Source: Eledone cirrhosa
Lineage: Eukaryota
Length of the DNA stretch: 64,000 nucleotides
NCBI GenBank assembly: GCA_964016885.1
Contig: OZ024745.1
Coordinates: 83,762,001 to 83,826,000, forward strand
Reading direction: 5' to 3'
The position numbers were made by a program, and so were the translations under genes. The notes beneath the pieces are model-generated. The model was not told where the DNA came from. It was given only the letters and a program-made list of their open reading frames with translations, and did not search any database. This document shows, piece after piece, positions 16,125 through 29,069 of the stretch (position 1 is the stretch's first letter; each line of letters starts with the position of its first letter).

Positions 16125-17980
16125 TATTATTGTTTCTTCGCTCAGCTTCTAACGCTAGAGATGTATTATAGTGTTAGCTATTCACTACCAGTGAACTGAG
16201 AACTGAGATAAACCCCTTATGTTTCAAGTACCTCCCGCAGTATTGTTTAATATACTTCTCGATATCTCTACTCACTGTTCACAAAACTCCAACAATTATT
16301 GGTATTACCACCAACTTTTTCATTGAGCACAGCTGCTTAAATTCCCAAGCTAACCTGTCATATCTATAATGTTTTCCTACTTTATCGCATACATTGTTAT
16401 CAGCTGGACAGACTATATCTATGATCCAACACTGTTTGCTTTCTTTCTCAATTAATACAATATCTGGTCCCCTATGTTCAATCTTATGGTCACGCTGCAT
16501 CACAAATTCCCACAGAATCTTTGCATCATTTCGATAACGCCCTCAGGGTTATTTTCGTACCACCTTTCTGCTCTGTCAAGTGCATATTTGCCACAAAGTG
16601 TCCAATGGACTATCCTTGCTATGTTGTCGTGACGTCTCATATTCTTTCTAAGCTAGTGGTGTGCATTGACTGGTAATATGCCATACAGTTACTCCATTCA
16701 TGCCATAAATTCTACCCTTATCAGTTTTTGCTGTGTGGTCTACTCTATGCATGATGTAGTTAGTTCTTTGTGCTTGTTAGCAGCACAGATTAAAGTTTGT
16801 TTCCGGTTTTAGATCACTTTTATCCCTCCATAACCAGATTCTCTTTCTGTCTGTCCTCTCTTCAACATCTCTATGGAATTGTACACACATTTTTTTCTGT
16901 CTATATACTTTCAATTTCATTCGTCTTCAAATACTTGTACTATGTTATTTTCTTCTGTTCTAATGCTGTGTCAGTCCTCTTCCTCCCATTTTTCTTGGTA
17001 CATATAATCTGTTTGTGTCACTCTTTTGGTGAAATACTCCATATTTAGTCAATGTCTTATTTTGGCTTTTGGCCTAAACTGTTTAGCTCTTCCACTGTCC
17101 TTGTGATCACCCCCGCCCCATATCTAAGGAGTGATACCACCCATGTATTGATAATTTCCATCTTATTCCGTCCATTCTGTTTTGACTTGAGAATAAGCCT
17201 CAGTCTGCGTATGTATTCCACCTTAAATCTATATTTCATTTCCTCCTGCATTATCTTATCAACTTCTAATATCCCTAAGGACTTTTTACCTTTCTCTTCT
17301 ATTTAATTCATAACCATTCCTGATGGCAGCACCAACCCCTCAATGCTTTTAATTTTGCCTCTATTCAAGATTAACACACAACACGTTTTTAATCTAAACC
17401 CCATTCTGATGTCAGCACTAAATGTATATACCGTATCAATGAGGTAACCAAGCTGGAATTCATTCTTACCAAAAAGCATGAGGACGTCCATGAATAATAA
17501 GTGGTTGATTTTTTTGCTGGTGACTTTTGAATTCATCCCAGCCTTAGCTTTTCTCAAAATCATAGTCAGTGGTATCATGCACAGTACAAACATCAGTGGT
17601 GACAGGCTGTCCCCTAGGAATATACCTATTTTGATTGCTATTGTTCCTAACTCTTTCCCATATGTTATCACTAAGGTCTTCCACTCTTTTATATTTTTCC
17701 TTAAGAATTGCTCAACATTTGATGCAATACCAAATAAGTTAATGCATTGCATAATCCAAGAGTGCGGAATCACGTCATAGGCTTTGCTCACTTTGACCTT
17801 CATCTTCACCATTTACTTCACTGCTGTTTTATTTTACCCGTCTTTTGATAACTTCAATTCAGTCAACCAGCGATTTTTTCTTATTGCTCTGCTTTGGTCA
17901 CATAACCTCTTCTCTGTGAGTTGAGACAAGCCTCTCCATTTTTTATGCATTCGTTGTCGGTATCATTTGATAGGGGCCCT
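16125..17980 (-). mobile_element. R4/Dong-like non-LTR retrotransposon relic (RT plus restriction-like endonuclease)
   Basis: KAYDVIPHSW, GIFLGDSLSPL, HLLFMD; RRHDNIA and PDIV..WIIDIVCPAD (RLE); (AAT)n-like tail. Confidence 0.85.
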
Positions 17981-18007
17981 ACTTTCATCTATAGGATTGC
18001 TCATGTA

Positions 18008-19005
18008 TAGAGTTACGACCCTTTACGCAATAAGTTAAAATCCCGCCAAAGTTAGCTTTGCCTTTCATCATTACGAGGTCGATAAAATAAAGCACCAATA
18101 ATGCACTTGAGTCTGTTTTTTTTAACGACTTTCTTCTACACCAAAGAATTGCTGGTCTTGTGCCTAAATTACAAATCATTATTATTATTGGTGAGGGTGG
18201 TGAATTGGCAGTATCGGTAGAGGGTCGGACGCCATGCTTTGCAGCATAGTTACGTCCCTTTACGATCTGAGTTCAAATCCCGCCGAGGTTGACTTTGCCT
18301 TTCATCCTTATGGGGGTCGATAAAATCAAGTACCAGTAATGCACTGGGTAATTGCTGGCCTTGTGCCTAAAGTAGAAACAATTATATAATATTATTGCGG
18401 TGGATTACATTATATTATATTATATAGGCGGTGGATTGGCAGTATCGGTAGAGGGTCGGACGCCATGCTTTCCAGCATAGTTACGTCCCTTTACAATCTG
18501 AATTCAAATCCCGCCGAGGTTGACTTTGCCTTTCATCCTTACGGGTTCGATAAACTAAAGTAACAGTAAAGCACTGGGTAATTGCTGGCCTTGTGCCTAA
18601 AGTAGAAACAATTATTAGGGCGGGGGATTGGCAGTATCGGTAGAGAGTCGGGCGCCATGCTTTGACGCATAGAGTTACGGCCCTTATCATTCTGAGTTCA
18701 AATCCCGCCGAGGTTAACTTTGCCTTTCATCCTTACGGGGTCGATAAAATAAAGTACCAGTTATGTACTGGGTAATTGCTGGCCTTGTGCCAAAAGTAGA
18801 AACAATTATTAGGGCGGGGATTGGCAGTATCGGTAGAGAGTCGGGCGCCATGCTTTCCAGCATAGTTACGTCCCTTTACAGTGTGAGTTCAAATCCCGCC
18901 GAGGTTTACTTTGCCTTTTATCCTTACGGGCTCGATAAAATAAAGTACCAGTAATGCACTGGGTAATTGCTGGCCTTGTGCCTAAAGTAGAAACAATTAT
19001 TATTG
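18008..19005 (+). mobile_element. Head-to-tail array of five tRNA-derived SINEs
   Basis: Units at ~18008-18189 (truncated), 18190-18385, 18427-18616, 18618-18810 and 18811-19003; consensus GGCGGTGGATTGGCAGTATCGG..GTTCAAATCC..GCCTTTCATCC..GTCGATAAAAT..AAACAATTATT. Confidence 0.95.
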
Positions 19006-19058
19006 TTATCATTATTTCTATTTCTATTATTATTCATACGTGTATAGATCGTAAATAA

Positions 19059-21040
19059 CACCGTGTAACATATTTTTTGTTCCCCCGTTCTAAGTGTCAT
19101 TTCATGGTTTGTTATATCCCATTACTATTAAAAACACACTATTATTTAATCAGAAGTTTGGGTTTGTGGTCAAGAGTTTGATATTTCGAAATTTTCATAT
19201 TTTTCAAGAAAAAACACATTTTAAAAAAAATTATCAGTCCATATAATTAAATCAATAAAATTATTTTATTACACAAGCTTATCAAAAGCAAACAAGTAAA
19301 AACAAATAACACTTATAAAGCAACTTATACACGTCAGAAATGACTCGATTTCCTGGATTTGCGGTTGTAGTCCAGGTCGCATTCCCGCACTAGCCCCCAG
19401 ATATAGTCCCCCATCATTTTTTCATTGTAGTGGCCCTGGTACCTCCGCTCTATCTCTTTCACATCTCGGTGGAATCGTTCGCCTTGTTCTTCTGAGTAGG
19501 CGCCCATATTGTCCTTGAATTTTTCCAGGTGAGCATCCATGAAGTTTAAGCGACTTCCTGTATCCGATGGCGCCAAAAGCCTTTTTCAGATCTTGCACCG
19601 GTTGCCGATTATTTTTTTGCTCTATAGTTTCCCAGGAAGCCCTTAACAACTGCCTTGAAACAGTTCCATCCTGTTCTCTCAATCCTATTGAGCTTATTGG
19701 AGAACTCGGTAGACTCAAACACCTTCTTTATCTGAGGTCCAACAAAATTCCACCTTTGATTTTGGCCTCAGATAACTTGGGGAAGAACTGAAGAAGGTAC
19801 TTAAAAGCGGCTGATTCTTGGTTGAGAGCCTTCACAAGCTGCTTCATCAAACCCAACTTAATGTACAGTGGCGGCATGAGCACAATCCTGGGATCAACCA
19901 GTGGCTCCCACATGTTCCGGGTCCCAACTACAAATTCTGTTCGTTGCTCCCAGTTCTTTCTTTTGTAGTGGTCAGAGGTGGTTCTGCTGTCTCAAAGGCA
20001 GAAGAAGCATTGGAATTTGAAAAAGCCTCCCTGGAGTCCAAGCAGGAAAGCCACCATCTTGAAGTCTTCAATGATTTCCCAATTGTACTGGTTGTATTGC
20101 AGAGCTTCCAAGAGGACTTCACACTGTAGTAATCTTCCTTCAAGCAGACTGAATGAGCTAGGGGCAGTGTCGGGAACTTATTTCCATTGTGGAGCAGGAC
20201 AGTCTTCAAACTTGTGGTGGAGCTGTCTATAAATAGCCGCCACTCTTTCGGCACAAACGGCACCCCAATAACGTCAAACAGTCCAAGCACATCATGGCAG
20301 AAGCAGAGACCATCCCTAAGAGTGTAAAAGCCTGAGAAAGGTTCGTGTCGACTTCTCTGACTTGTCACCTGCACTTCCTCCTTGACCAAGTTCCACTGCT
20401 TCATCCTGGAAACGAATAGCTCTGCATTGGACTTGGTCAGATCCATATCCCTGACCAAGTCATTGACTTCTTTGGGGTTTGGGAAGTGAGGAACTTTTTC
20501 TGGTACCTCAGGCAGGTAATCCAAGTCCTCAGCATCCGTCTCCTCTTCTTCATCAGAATATTTGTCTTGGAAAATAAATTTGATATGCAATACAAAATAA
20601 ATATTGGAAAGGGAAATACATATTTAAATAATATAAAAGAACACTAATCATACTAATGAAAATTCGTGCCTAAAACACAACTTACCCTTTATTCAGGGTA
20701 CGAAAATCCAGTATCAATAAATCTCTTTAATCCACTTTTTAACAATTTTATACTTTATTGCACTTTTATAATTTTCTTTAGGTATTACACTTTATTTTAT
20801 AATTTTAATTTATCCTGAAACATATATAAAAAAAATCGTTTAACATAAGCAAATTAAACTTACATACAGCGTAAAATCCAGCATACAAATAATTCTAGTG
20901 AACAGCATAGAATTTTTACAAACCAAAACTTTTAACTGTTTAATAGCACTTTTTTTATTTATTTGGAACCTAAGCAACACAAAAAAAAAGTGATTACAAG
21001 CCAGGAACAGAGAAAAAATGTTTTTTTTTGTTACACGGTG
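19059..21040 (-). mobile_element. Chapaev3-like (CMC) DNA transposon with frameshifted, intron-containing transposase
   Basis: TIRs CACCGTGTAACA/TGTTACACGGTG with TAA TSD; WRLFIDSS..SLKTVLLHNGN, PPLYIKLGL and SEEQGERFH motifs; GT-AG intron candidates at ~20567-20685 and ~20815-20863. Confidence 0.85.
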
Positions 21041-22482
21041 TAATTAGCTCTCTTGCATTAGATAGAGAGCATTTTCCTTTTCCCTTCCAACAAATTTTTG
21101 CTGCATATATATATATATATATAATCTCAATACTATATAGTCCTTCTATAGACAGCTGTTCCTTCTTTCGATGAAGCTATGTTCCCTTAAATAGTTGGCA
21201 TTGCTTCTCATTATTCATTCACAAATATATCTAAGTGTTTTCTCTATTTGGAATTTACCTTTCAGATGCAGATATTCTTGATTTCTATTAATTATGAAAC
21301 ATTATACATTTAGGAAGAACAACTAATTCTAGTTGCCTGATGAGAAAAGCTTCGAGAAAAATATTTTGTCAATACACAAAAATGTTGCATGTCTTTCCCT
21401 CCCAATCTTCCCCTCCCCCTTAAACAAGCTCTCTCTGTGGTATTTATAAGTGGAAAATATCAATGGCACGACCATTTCATTTCTCTTTTCTGTCCTGACA
21501 TTTTCCCAGTATAAATATGGGATCTATTCAGTTTATGGCTATTGTAGATAGTTTTATCAGCAGATAACATGCTGAGTGAATAATAAGTTAATATAAAAGT
21601 TAAATGCCTCATAATGATATCAATGGAAAATATGAAACTTGACAAATGATGTTTGATTATTTTGCATTATATTATAGATTGCATTAAGTCGTAGAATATA
21701 TAGCAACTTCATTGAATGGGAATAAATTGGGTTTATAACTGAGTAAAACGAATCAAAATTAATAATTAAATCTAGATCAGCAAAAGTCCATCAGCGCTCT
21801 TCAGTTTGGCTTTTACAATGTGAAATATTCTCGATAACCATTGTACAGGTGAAAACATAATAAATAGAATCATGACACTTATTTTAAAATGTATAGCTAG
21901 CATGTTCTAACTGGTTATTTTACATTAATTCTAAATTAGTTCGGTTCACCTAAATCAAAGAATGAGCACCACGCTTTTCTATGGGAGTAACTGATTTGTT
22001 TTTTGTATATTAGCTGAAATCCGAAATTATTGTCAATGATTTTTCCTGCCCCTCTCATACTGTTCATCTGCTATGGCCAACAACATTTAGTTTGAACGTG
22101 TGTAGATCGATGTGTATATGAAATCTATGGGATGGAAATAAGTTATAATTGTGAGAAGAAATGGTGGCAGGGGCGTCGTTCTCGTGATATATGAGAGGAG
22201 ATACACAGTGGATGTTATGAAAAGACCACTGCTTCTTAATCTGTTTAATGCTTCGGAAATAGATACGTAAGAGTATCATAAATCACTAATCTCTATGCAT
22301 GGTTCTGATACACTTATCGCTATTATGAAAGAAATGCAACACAAATTATATAGTCGACTTTGTTCTACATTCTTCCAATGTAGATACAATACAAACCAGG
22401 CAATTACTGATGATCAATTAAATCGAATATGGTCCTACACAAGTATGTGTCATCTTGTGATTGGGTACGAAATCATTAATTA

Positions 22483-24196
22483 CATAGGTCAACAAAATTT
22501 TGCTTTTTTTTTTCTGCTCACCTACGTTTGAGACATGTTCTTGAGTAATTTAGGGCCACTGGGTTTTAAAATACTTTTTTTTATCACGTCAACCAGGCAG
22601 AACTGAATGATTTAGTTAGAGACTTAAACATATCAAAAGAGTTATCATAACTGCTAGCTACTAGACTTAAAGAGAATTTGCTGCAGAAAGAAACGAATGT
22701 AACTGCTTATCGGAACAGGCTAAAAACGATCTCTTGACATTCTGAAAAAGATTTTGTTTACTGTTGTAACATGGTGGGACTGTTAAAAGCGATGAGTACT
22801 CTACAGTATGATCCTCGTGAATTGAAACTCTTTATAGATAGCTCAAAGAAGAGTCTAAAATGGGTATTACTCCATAATGGAAACTTGGTACATGCAATTC
22901 CTATTGGCCACTCTGAACACTTAAAAGAGAAGCATGAAAACATAAAAACTGTATTAGATTTACTCAAGTATGATGAACACGAATGGGACATATGTGTAGA
23001 TCTGAAAATGGTTACCCTTTTACTTGGCCAACAAGGACGGTATACAAAATATTCATGTTTCCTGTGTTTATGGGATAGCCGAGTGAAAGAAAAACAGAAC
23101 AGAAGCAATGGCCAGTTAGAAAACGTTTTACTGGTGGGGAGAAGAAGATCATACGCCAGCGACATGTTGTGTCTGTTGTGAAAGGACTTTGGGCAGCAAA
23201 AAGGCTGCAAATTACAAGGATTTGGTGAAGACATTGCTTGATAGTTTTCATCTTATTAAACTAGGTGACTGTTTCAAATTCATATGTACATTTCCTGGCC
23301 TAAGTTATGATAAAATAATGGCTGGTGTTATTGACCGAACACAAATCAGAAAGTTTATGAAATACTAAAACTTCTCGAGCTCGATGACTGACGTAGAAAA
23401 AAGAGCATGAGATTCATTTGTGCCTGTTGTGAAAGGACTTTGGGCAGCAAAAAGGCTGCAAATTACAAGGATTTGGTGAAGACATTGCTCGATAGTTTTC
23501 ATCTTTTACGTAGAACATGAGCATAAAGATTCATTTCCTCAAGAGCCATCTCGATGAATTTCCTGCTAAAGTAAGCGATGCGTATATCAGGGTTATGGGG
23601 GAGAGAGGTAGATGAAACACAAACATGATAGCAGACTACTGTTGGAGTATTCAAAGAGACTGTGTAGACACGGAACACTCCAAGCGCCCTCGTAAGCGAA
23701 AATTTGTACCATGAATATGTTGTTTAGTGTATGAGTGTTTATGCTTTATCTATTTTGTTCGAGAATTAACAATATGTATTTAATAAAAGGTGATGTTATC
23801 GTATATTTCATCTATCATATCAGATTCTATTGACATTATAACTTGGTTTCAAGCTATAAGACCTAGTAATCCATCCTAAATAAATTATATTATTCATACA
23901 TCGGTAGAGGGTCGGACGCCATGCTTTCCAGCATAGTTAGGTCCCTTTACGGTCTGAGTTCAAATCCCGTCGAGGTTAACTTTGCCTTTCATCCTTACGG
24001 GGTCGATAAAATAAAGTACCAGTAACGTACTGGGTAATTGGTAGCCTTGTGCCAAAAGTAGAAACAATTATTCATACAGTGTATAATTAAATAGGGGTGT
24101 GCTATAGAATGAAAACCTGATGTGTTAGGAAAATATGGATGCCATATTTGAATTCAGCAACAAAACCTAAGTCAGCAAAATGTGTGTTGACCAGTG
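22483..24196 (+). mobile_element. Degenerate Chapaev3-like DNA transposon (second family)
   Basis: CATAGGTCAACA...TGTTGACCAGTG ends with TTA flanks; LFIDSSKKSLKWVLLHNGN, DLKM..LLGQQG.YTKY.CFLCLWDSR. Confidence 0.8.
23901..24070 (+). mobile_element. 5'-truncated SINE nested in the Chapaev3-like element
   Basis: TSD ATTATTCATACA at 23889-23900 and 24067-24078. Confidence 0.9.
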
Positions 24197-25499
24197 TTAT
24201 ATATATTGCATCCCTCGCCTGTCTTCAACGTTCGCACGTTAATTCTATAAAGCTTCAATTATATCCAGCCAATGCTAAAAGTTTAGATCATAGACAGTTT
24301 AGCGACAGCTACGAATTCCGCTAGTTAAACGCCCCATCGACTTGCTTCATTGAATTTATTTATTTTCATCAGAATGGTTGTTGATATCTAATGCATGAAA
24401 CATTTAATGAGACATGGAATTCATCGATGCAACAACATAATTTAAAATATGATATTGCATTTAGGAAATTAAACAGATGGGGCCTTTGCAACAGTTTTCA
24501 TGGCTGTGTCTCGCTGGAACACGGTGATACGTATGTGGGTTTGTATCAAGCATGACTATTTTAATTTACTGTTTGAGAATAATTCATGGAATAAAATGTT
24601 ATGGAATTTATCACAATCCAATTGAAAGACTGAGCTTCTAGTAATATAAATGCGAATTGTATTACTTACTAATATCGTCTTTCGCCGATAACCACTTCAT
24701 ACAGCATTTAATCCGGAGGAGGGGCAACTAACTCGACATTTCGCATTTGTTAGTTCACCAAACAACAGCTGCTTTGGCAAACGTGAATCATCTATTCTTA
24801 CCAGGTGGATGAAATTTAAGGATGACCTTGCCGAGATTAGAAGTCAGAACGTAACGAACCGAAGCATTAATAACAAAAGCAATAATAGAAACAAATAAAA
24901 TAACTTTGTTATCTTCCCTCCAAACATCACAGATATGCGTCTAATACATTTAAAGAAAAGGTTTCACACATGGAAATAAGGTCAGTAACTCCATTAAAAC
25001 ACATTTGCAGAATTACAATATTATAATACAATATTTACATAGACTTAGATATAAATCTGGAAATATTCTACATAAATACAGAAGTCTTAGCATTAAACAT
25101 TATACTCAAATCAAAATAGACAGTCCCTCTCAAAGTGATGGCGATACGAGTACATATAATACAACCATGCATACTGATATCGAAAATGGTATTCACTAAC
25201 CTAATATCTAAGCAGACGTTGCTGAAAATAAATATCTTGAAAATAATGACCAACGACACAATAATTCACACACACATACACACGCACATATATATATGTG
25301 TACATATATGTGTGTGTGTATATGTATAGATGTATGTGTATATGAATATGTGTATATGTATATATGTATGTTTATGTATGTATATATAAATATATATAAA
25401 ATCATAAACATACATATATACATATACACACATTCATATACACATACAGCTGTACATATACACATAAACATATACAAATAAATATATATACATGCATAT

Positions 25500-25547
<48 letters not shown>

Positions 25548-25786
25548 CAATATATTTAGAAACACACAGATACATGCGGACACACACATATACATGAATG
25601 CATCCGCACCCAACCGTGAGTTAAGGGTGCCAACTTCACCGATGTTGCTCAATGAATGACTGGGACAGACCAATCCGGTTGAACTAGACTGAACCAGTAT
25701 CAGAGTTAAAAATACATTATGAAGAGAGAAGAAACATTTAGATATAATTAGTAATAAAATGTATCATACCTAAACTGCTCCTAGAT

Positions 25787-25876
25787 TCCTCGACTACGTA
25801 GTTTCGTGGCATAAACAAAAACAATACATCATAAAGATATAGAGTCCCTGCGAGGTCTGCCGACTTATCAAGAGGA
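25787..25876 (-). ncRNA. Hammerhead ribozyme, U3-A8 variant (inverted copy)
   Basis: Reverse complement of 26382-26471. Confidence 0.65.
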
Positions 25877-26381
25877 TACCTCATTTTACTAGTCTCAAGA
25901 ACGCGTCTACACGACGTGAGAAAGAATCCCAAAAGGAGGAGGGGGAGATAGTCACGCGATATAACGGTCGAGAAACAGAGCTAAGCCTCTTATAACCCCG
26001 AAGAAAATACCACGGAGGCGGAGGGGGTATTTATATCGAAGCCGTAGAAGAGGTGGTGAAGGAGACGAGAAGTATGAGTAATGGAAGCTTTCCAGCAGTC
26101 CCCACACTTCAAAGATTGCTCGACCAGAGGGAGTTATTAACAATATATTTAGAAACACACAGATACATGCGGGGACACACATATACATGAATGCATCCGC
26201 ACCCAACCGTGAGTTAAGGGTGCCAACTTCACCGATGTTGCTCAATGAATGACTGGGACAGACCATAAGAGGCTTAGCTCTGTTTCTCGACCGTTATATC
26301 GCGTGACTATCTCCCCCTCCGCCTTTTGGGATGCTTTCTCACGTCGTGTAGACGCGTTCTTGAGACTAGTTAAATGAGGTA

Positions 26382-26471
26382 TCCTCTTGATAAGTCGGCA
26401 GACCTCGCAGGGACTCTATATCTTTATGATGTATTGTTTTTGTTTATGCCACGAAACTACGTAGTCGAGGA
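26382..26471 (+). ncRNA. Type I hammerhead ribozyme, U3-A8 variant with long helix II insert
   Basis: tcctc-TTGATAA-gt(c)ggca...tgccac-GAAA-ctac gtag-TC-gagga; GUC cleavage triplet; palindromic ACTACGTAGT helix III. Confidence 0.7.
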
Positions 26472-26540
26472 ATCTGGGAGCAGTTTAGGTATGATACATT
26501 TTATTACTAATTATATCTAAATGTTTCTTCTCTCTTCATA

Positions 26541-26649
<109 letters not shown>

Positions 26650-26691
26650 TAATATTAAATAAATGGAAAACTATATTTATAAAACCATATT

Positions 26692-26757
26692 TATTTCATT
26701 ATATATATTTCGGGGATATCATATTAACAATATGCTATGCCTTCATCAGACAAAATA
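26692..26757 (-). ncRNA. Minimal type I hammerhead ribozyme (family A)
   Basis: Reverse complement of 28601-28666. Confidence 0.85.
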
Positions 26758-27109
26758 CAATATAAACAGTTTTATAGATAAATATATTCGACATACCGTA
26801 ATAAACATCAACTTCATTTGAAGAGGTTTACTCTAGCAGTGAAAATACAGAGAGAAAGAAAGAGAGAGAAAAGAGGGAAATAAGAAAGAAAGAAAGACAA
26901 AACGAAGAAAAGGAAGAAAAAGAAAAAGAAGAAATGCATGGGACAAAATAGAGAGATGGAAAAATAGATAAAGCGAAGAGCTTCATGTAAAAAGACAGAA
27001 AGAGATATATATATATATATAGAGAGAGGAAATAGAGATAGATACATATATAAATATAGAAAAATTAGGTAGTGGGAGGTCATTTTGAGTAAGTGTATCA
27101 ATGATGCAT

Positions 27110-27148
<39 letters not shown>

Positions 27149-28198
27149 GCTCAAGTATTAATGTAAGGGAGATATATAGAGAGATATAGAGAGATATAGA
27201 GAGAGAAAAAATTTAAAAATAGCCAGACATATTCGAGGCGTAGAAAACCCTATGTTTTAATGTATTAGTATTTATAAAACTTACACTATATTGTAAATAT
27301 CAGTATTCCTGAATGAAACAAGTATTCACAATGCGTGAAAATTCATTATCTTATGTTTAGTTTTTTAAAAAATTCATATGTCTATGTGACAGCTACAAAC
27401 ATCAATGTGAATCCAACTGATTCACTCCGCAAATTCTAAGTTACCGGAAAACATTCTCAATGTGGTATAAAAATTTGAGCGTATTATTATTCTTGCGATT
27501 ACTCTACAAGATTATCTATCAAGCAGAAATAGAGAGCAGATTTCAATATACTAATCGAAAATATATATTATATTATAAGCAAAGATAACAATAATAATGA
27601 TAATAAGTAAAAATATATAAAAATATAGAATAGAAAACCAAAAAAAAGAATATTACGAAAGAATATTACATAATAAAAATATTGCATATTAAAAATACTA
27701 CGTATTAAAAATATTACGTATTAAAACTTTACATATAAAAATATTAAAAATAAAAATTTACATATAAAAATATTAAAAATAAAAATAAAATAAAATAAAA
27801 AATAAAAATATTATAGAATACTACAATACTAAAAGAATAAAAGTAAAAATAAAAATAAAAATAAAAATAAAAATAAAAATAAAAATAAAAATAAAATTTC
27901 CGGTAACTTAGAATTTGCGGAGTGAATCAGTTGGATTCACATTGATGTTTGTAGCTGTCACATAGACATATGAATTTTTTAAAAAACTAAACATAAGATA
28001 ATGAATTTTCACGCATTGTGAATACTTGTTTCATTCAGGAATACTGATATTTACAATATAGTGTAAGTTTTATAAATACTAATACATTAAAACATAGGGT
28101 TTTCTACGCCTCGAATATGTCTGGCTATTTTTAAATTTTTTCTCTCCCTATATCTCTCTATATCTCTCTATATATCTCCCTTACATTAATACTTGAGC

Positions 28199-28233
<35 letters not shown>

Positions 28234-28600
28234 ATGCATCATTGATACACTTACTCAAAATGACCTCCCACTACCTAATTTTTCTATATTTATATATGTA
28301 TCTATCTCTATTTCCTCTCTCTCTCTCTATATATATATCTTTCTGTCTTTTTACATGAAGCTCTTCGCTTTATCTATTTTTCCATCTCTCTATTTTGTCC
28401 CATGCATTTCTTCTTTTTCTTTTTCTTCTTTTTCTTTTTCTTCCTTTTCTTCGTTTTGTCTTTCTTTCTTTCTTATTTCCCTCTTTTCTCTCTCTCTTTC
28501 TTTCTCTCTGTATTTTCACTGCTAGAGTAAACCTCTTCAAATGAAGTTGATGTTTATTACGGTATGCCGAATATATTTATCTATAAAACTGTTTATATTG

Positions 28601-28666
28601 TATTTTGTCTGATGAAGGCATAGCATATTGTTAATATGATATCCCCGAAATATATATAATGAAATA
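28601..28666 (+). ncRNA. Minimal type I hammerhead ribozyme (family A)
   Basis: tattttgt-CTGATGA-aggcatagcatatt gtt aatatgatatcccc-GAAA-t atat a-TA-atgaaata; 8-bp helix I with two G-U pairs; palindromic helix III. Confidence 0.85.
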
Positions 28667-28821
28667 AATATGGTTTTATAAATATAGTTTTCCATTTATT
28701 TAATATTGTAAATATACTCCAAATATTTGTCGAGTGCTTTTATATCAGTTATAAATATTTACTAGTTGTAACCCAACAATTTTAAATATAACTTTACATG
28801 TATATATAAATATATATATTT

Positions 28822-28859
<38 letters not shown>

Positions 28860-28862
<3 letters not shown>

Positions 28863-28939
28863 TTTGGCAACGTGACCCTCCCAAAGTATAACAATATATA
28901 TATATATCGTTTGGCAACATGACCCTCCCAAAGTATAAC

Positions 28940-28942
<3 letters not shown>
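28860..28942. repeat. Two tandem ~35-bp stubs separated by (TA)n
   Basis: CGTTTGGCAAC(G/A)TGACCCTCCCAAAGTATAACAAT twice; similar to ~8539-8564. Confidence 0.8.
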
Positions 28943-28970
<28 letters not shown>

Positions 28971-29069
28971 TCTATGTGTATATATATATAAATGTATGTG
29001 TGTATGTGTGTGTATGTGTGTGCGTGTGTGTGTGTAAAAGAAAACGTATGACTTGTGCATTAATGAATA

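Larger units (their letters stand above)
26651..28797. mobile_element. Large palindromic non-autonomous PLE-type element (family A)
   Basis: Arms 26651-27450 and 27897-28707 are near-perfect inverted repeats; AT-rich spacer with (TAAAAA)n; unpaired ~90-bp tail at 28708-28797; flanked by (TA)n. Confidence 0.9.

Noticed and set aside
18008-19005. CRISPR-like or tRNA gene array
   Set aside because: Units are ~190-bp SINEs with pol III boxes; no unique spacers, no cas genes and no complete cloverleaf.
21337-21360. CTGATGA..GAGA motif
   Set aside because: No GAAA/helix III/UH with a matching helix I.
24465-24530. ADAM-like (GLCNSFHGC) or kinase-like (GAFATVF) exon assignment
   Set aside because: Short resemblances arise in different frames with no supporting neighbouring exons.
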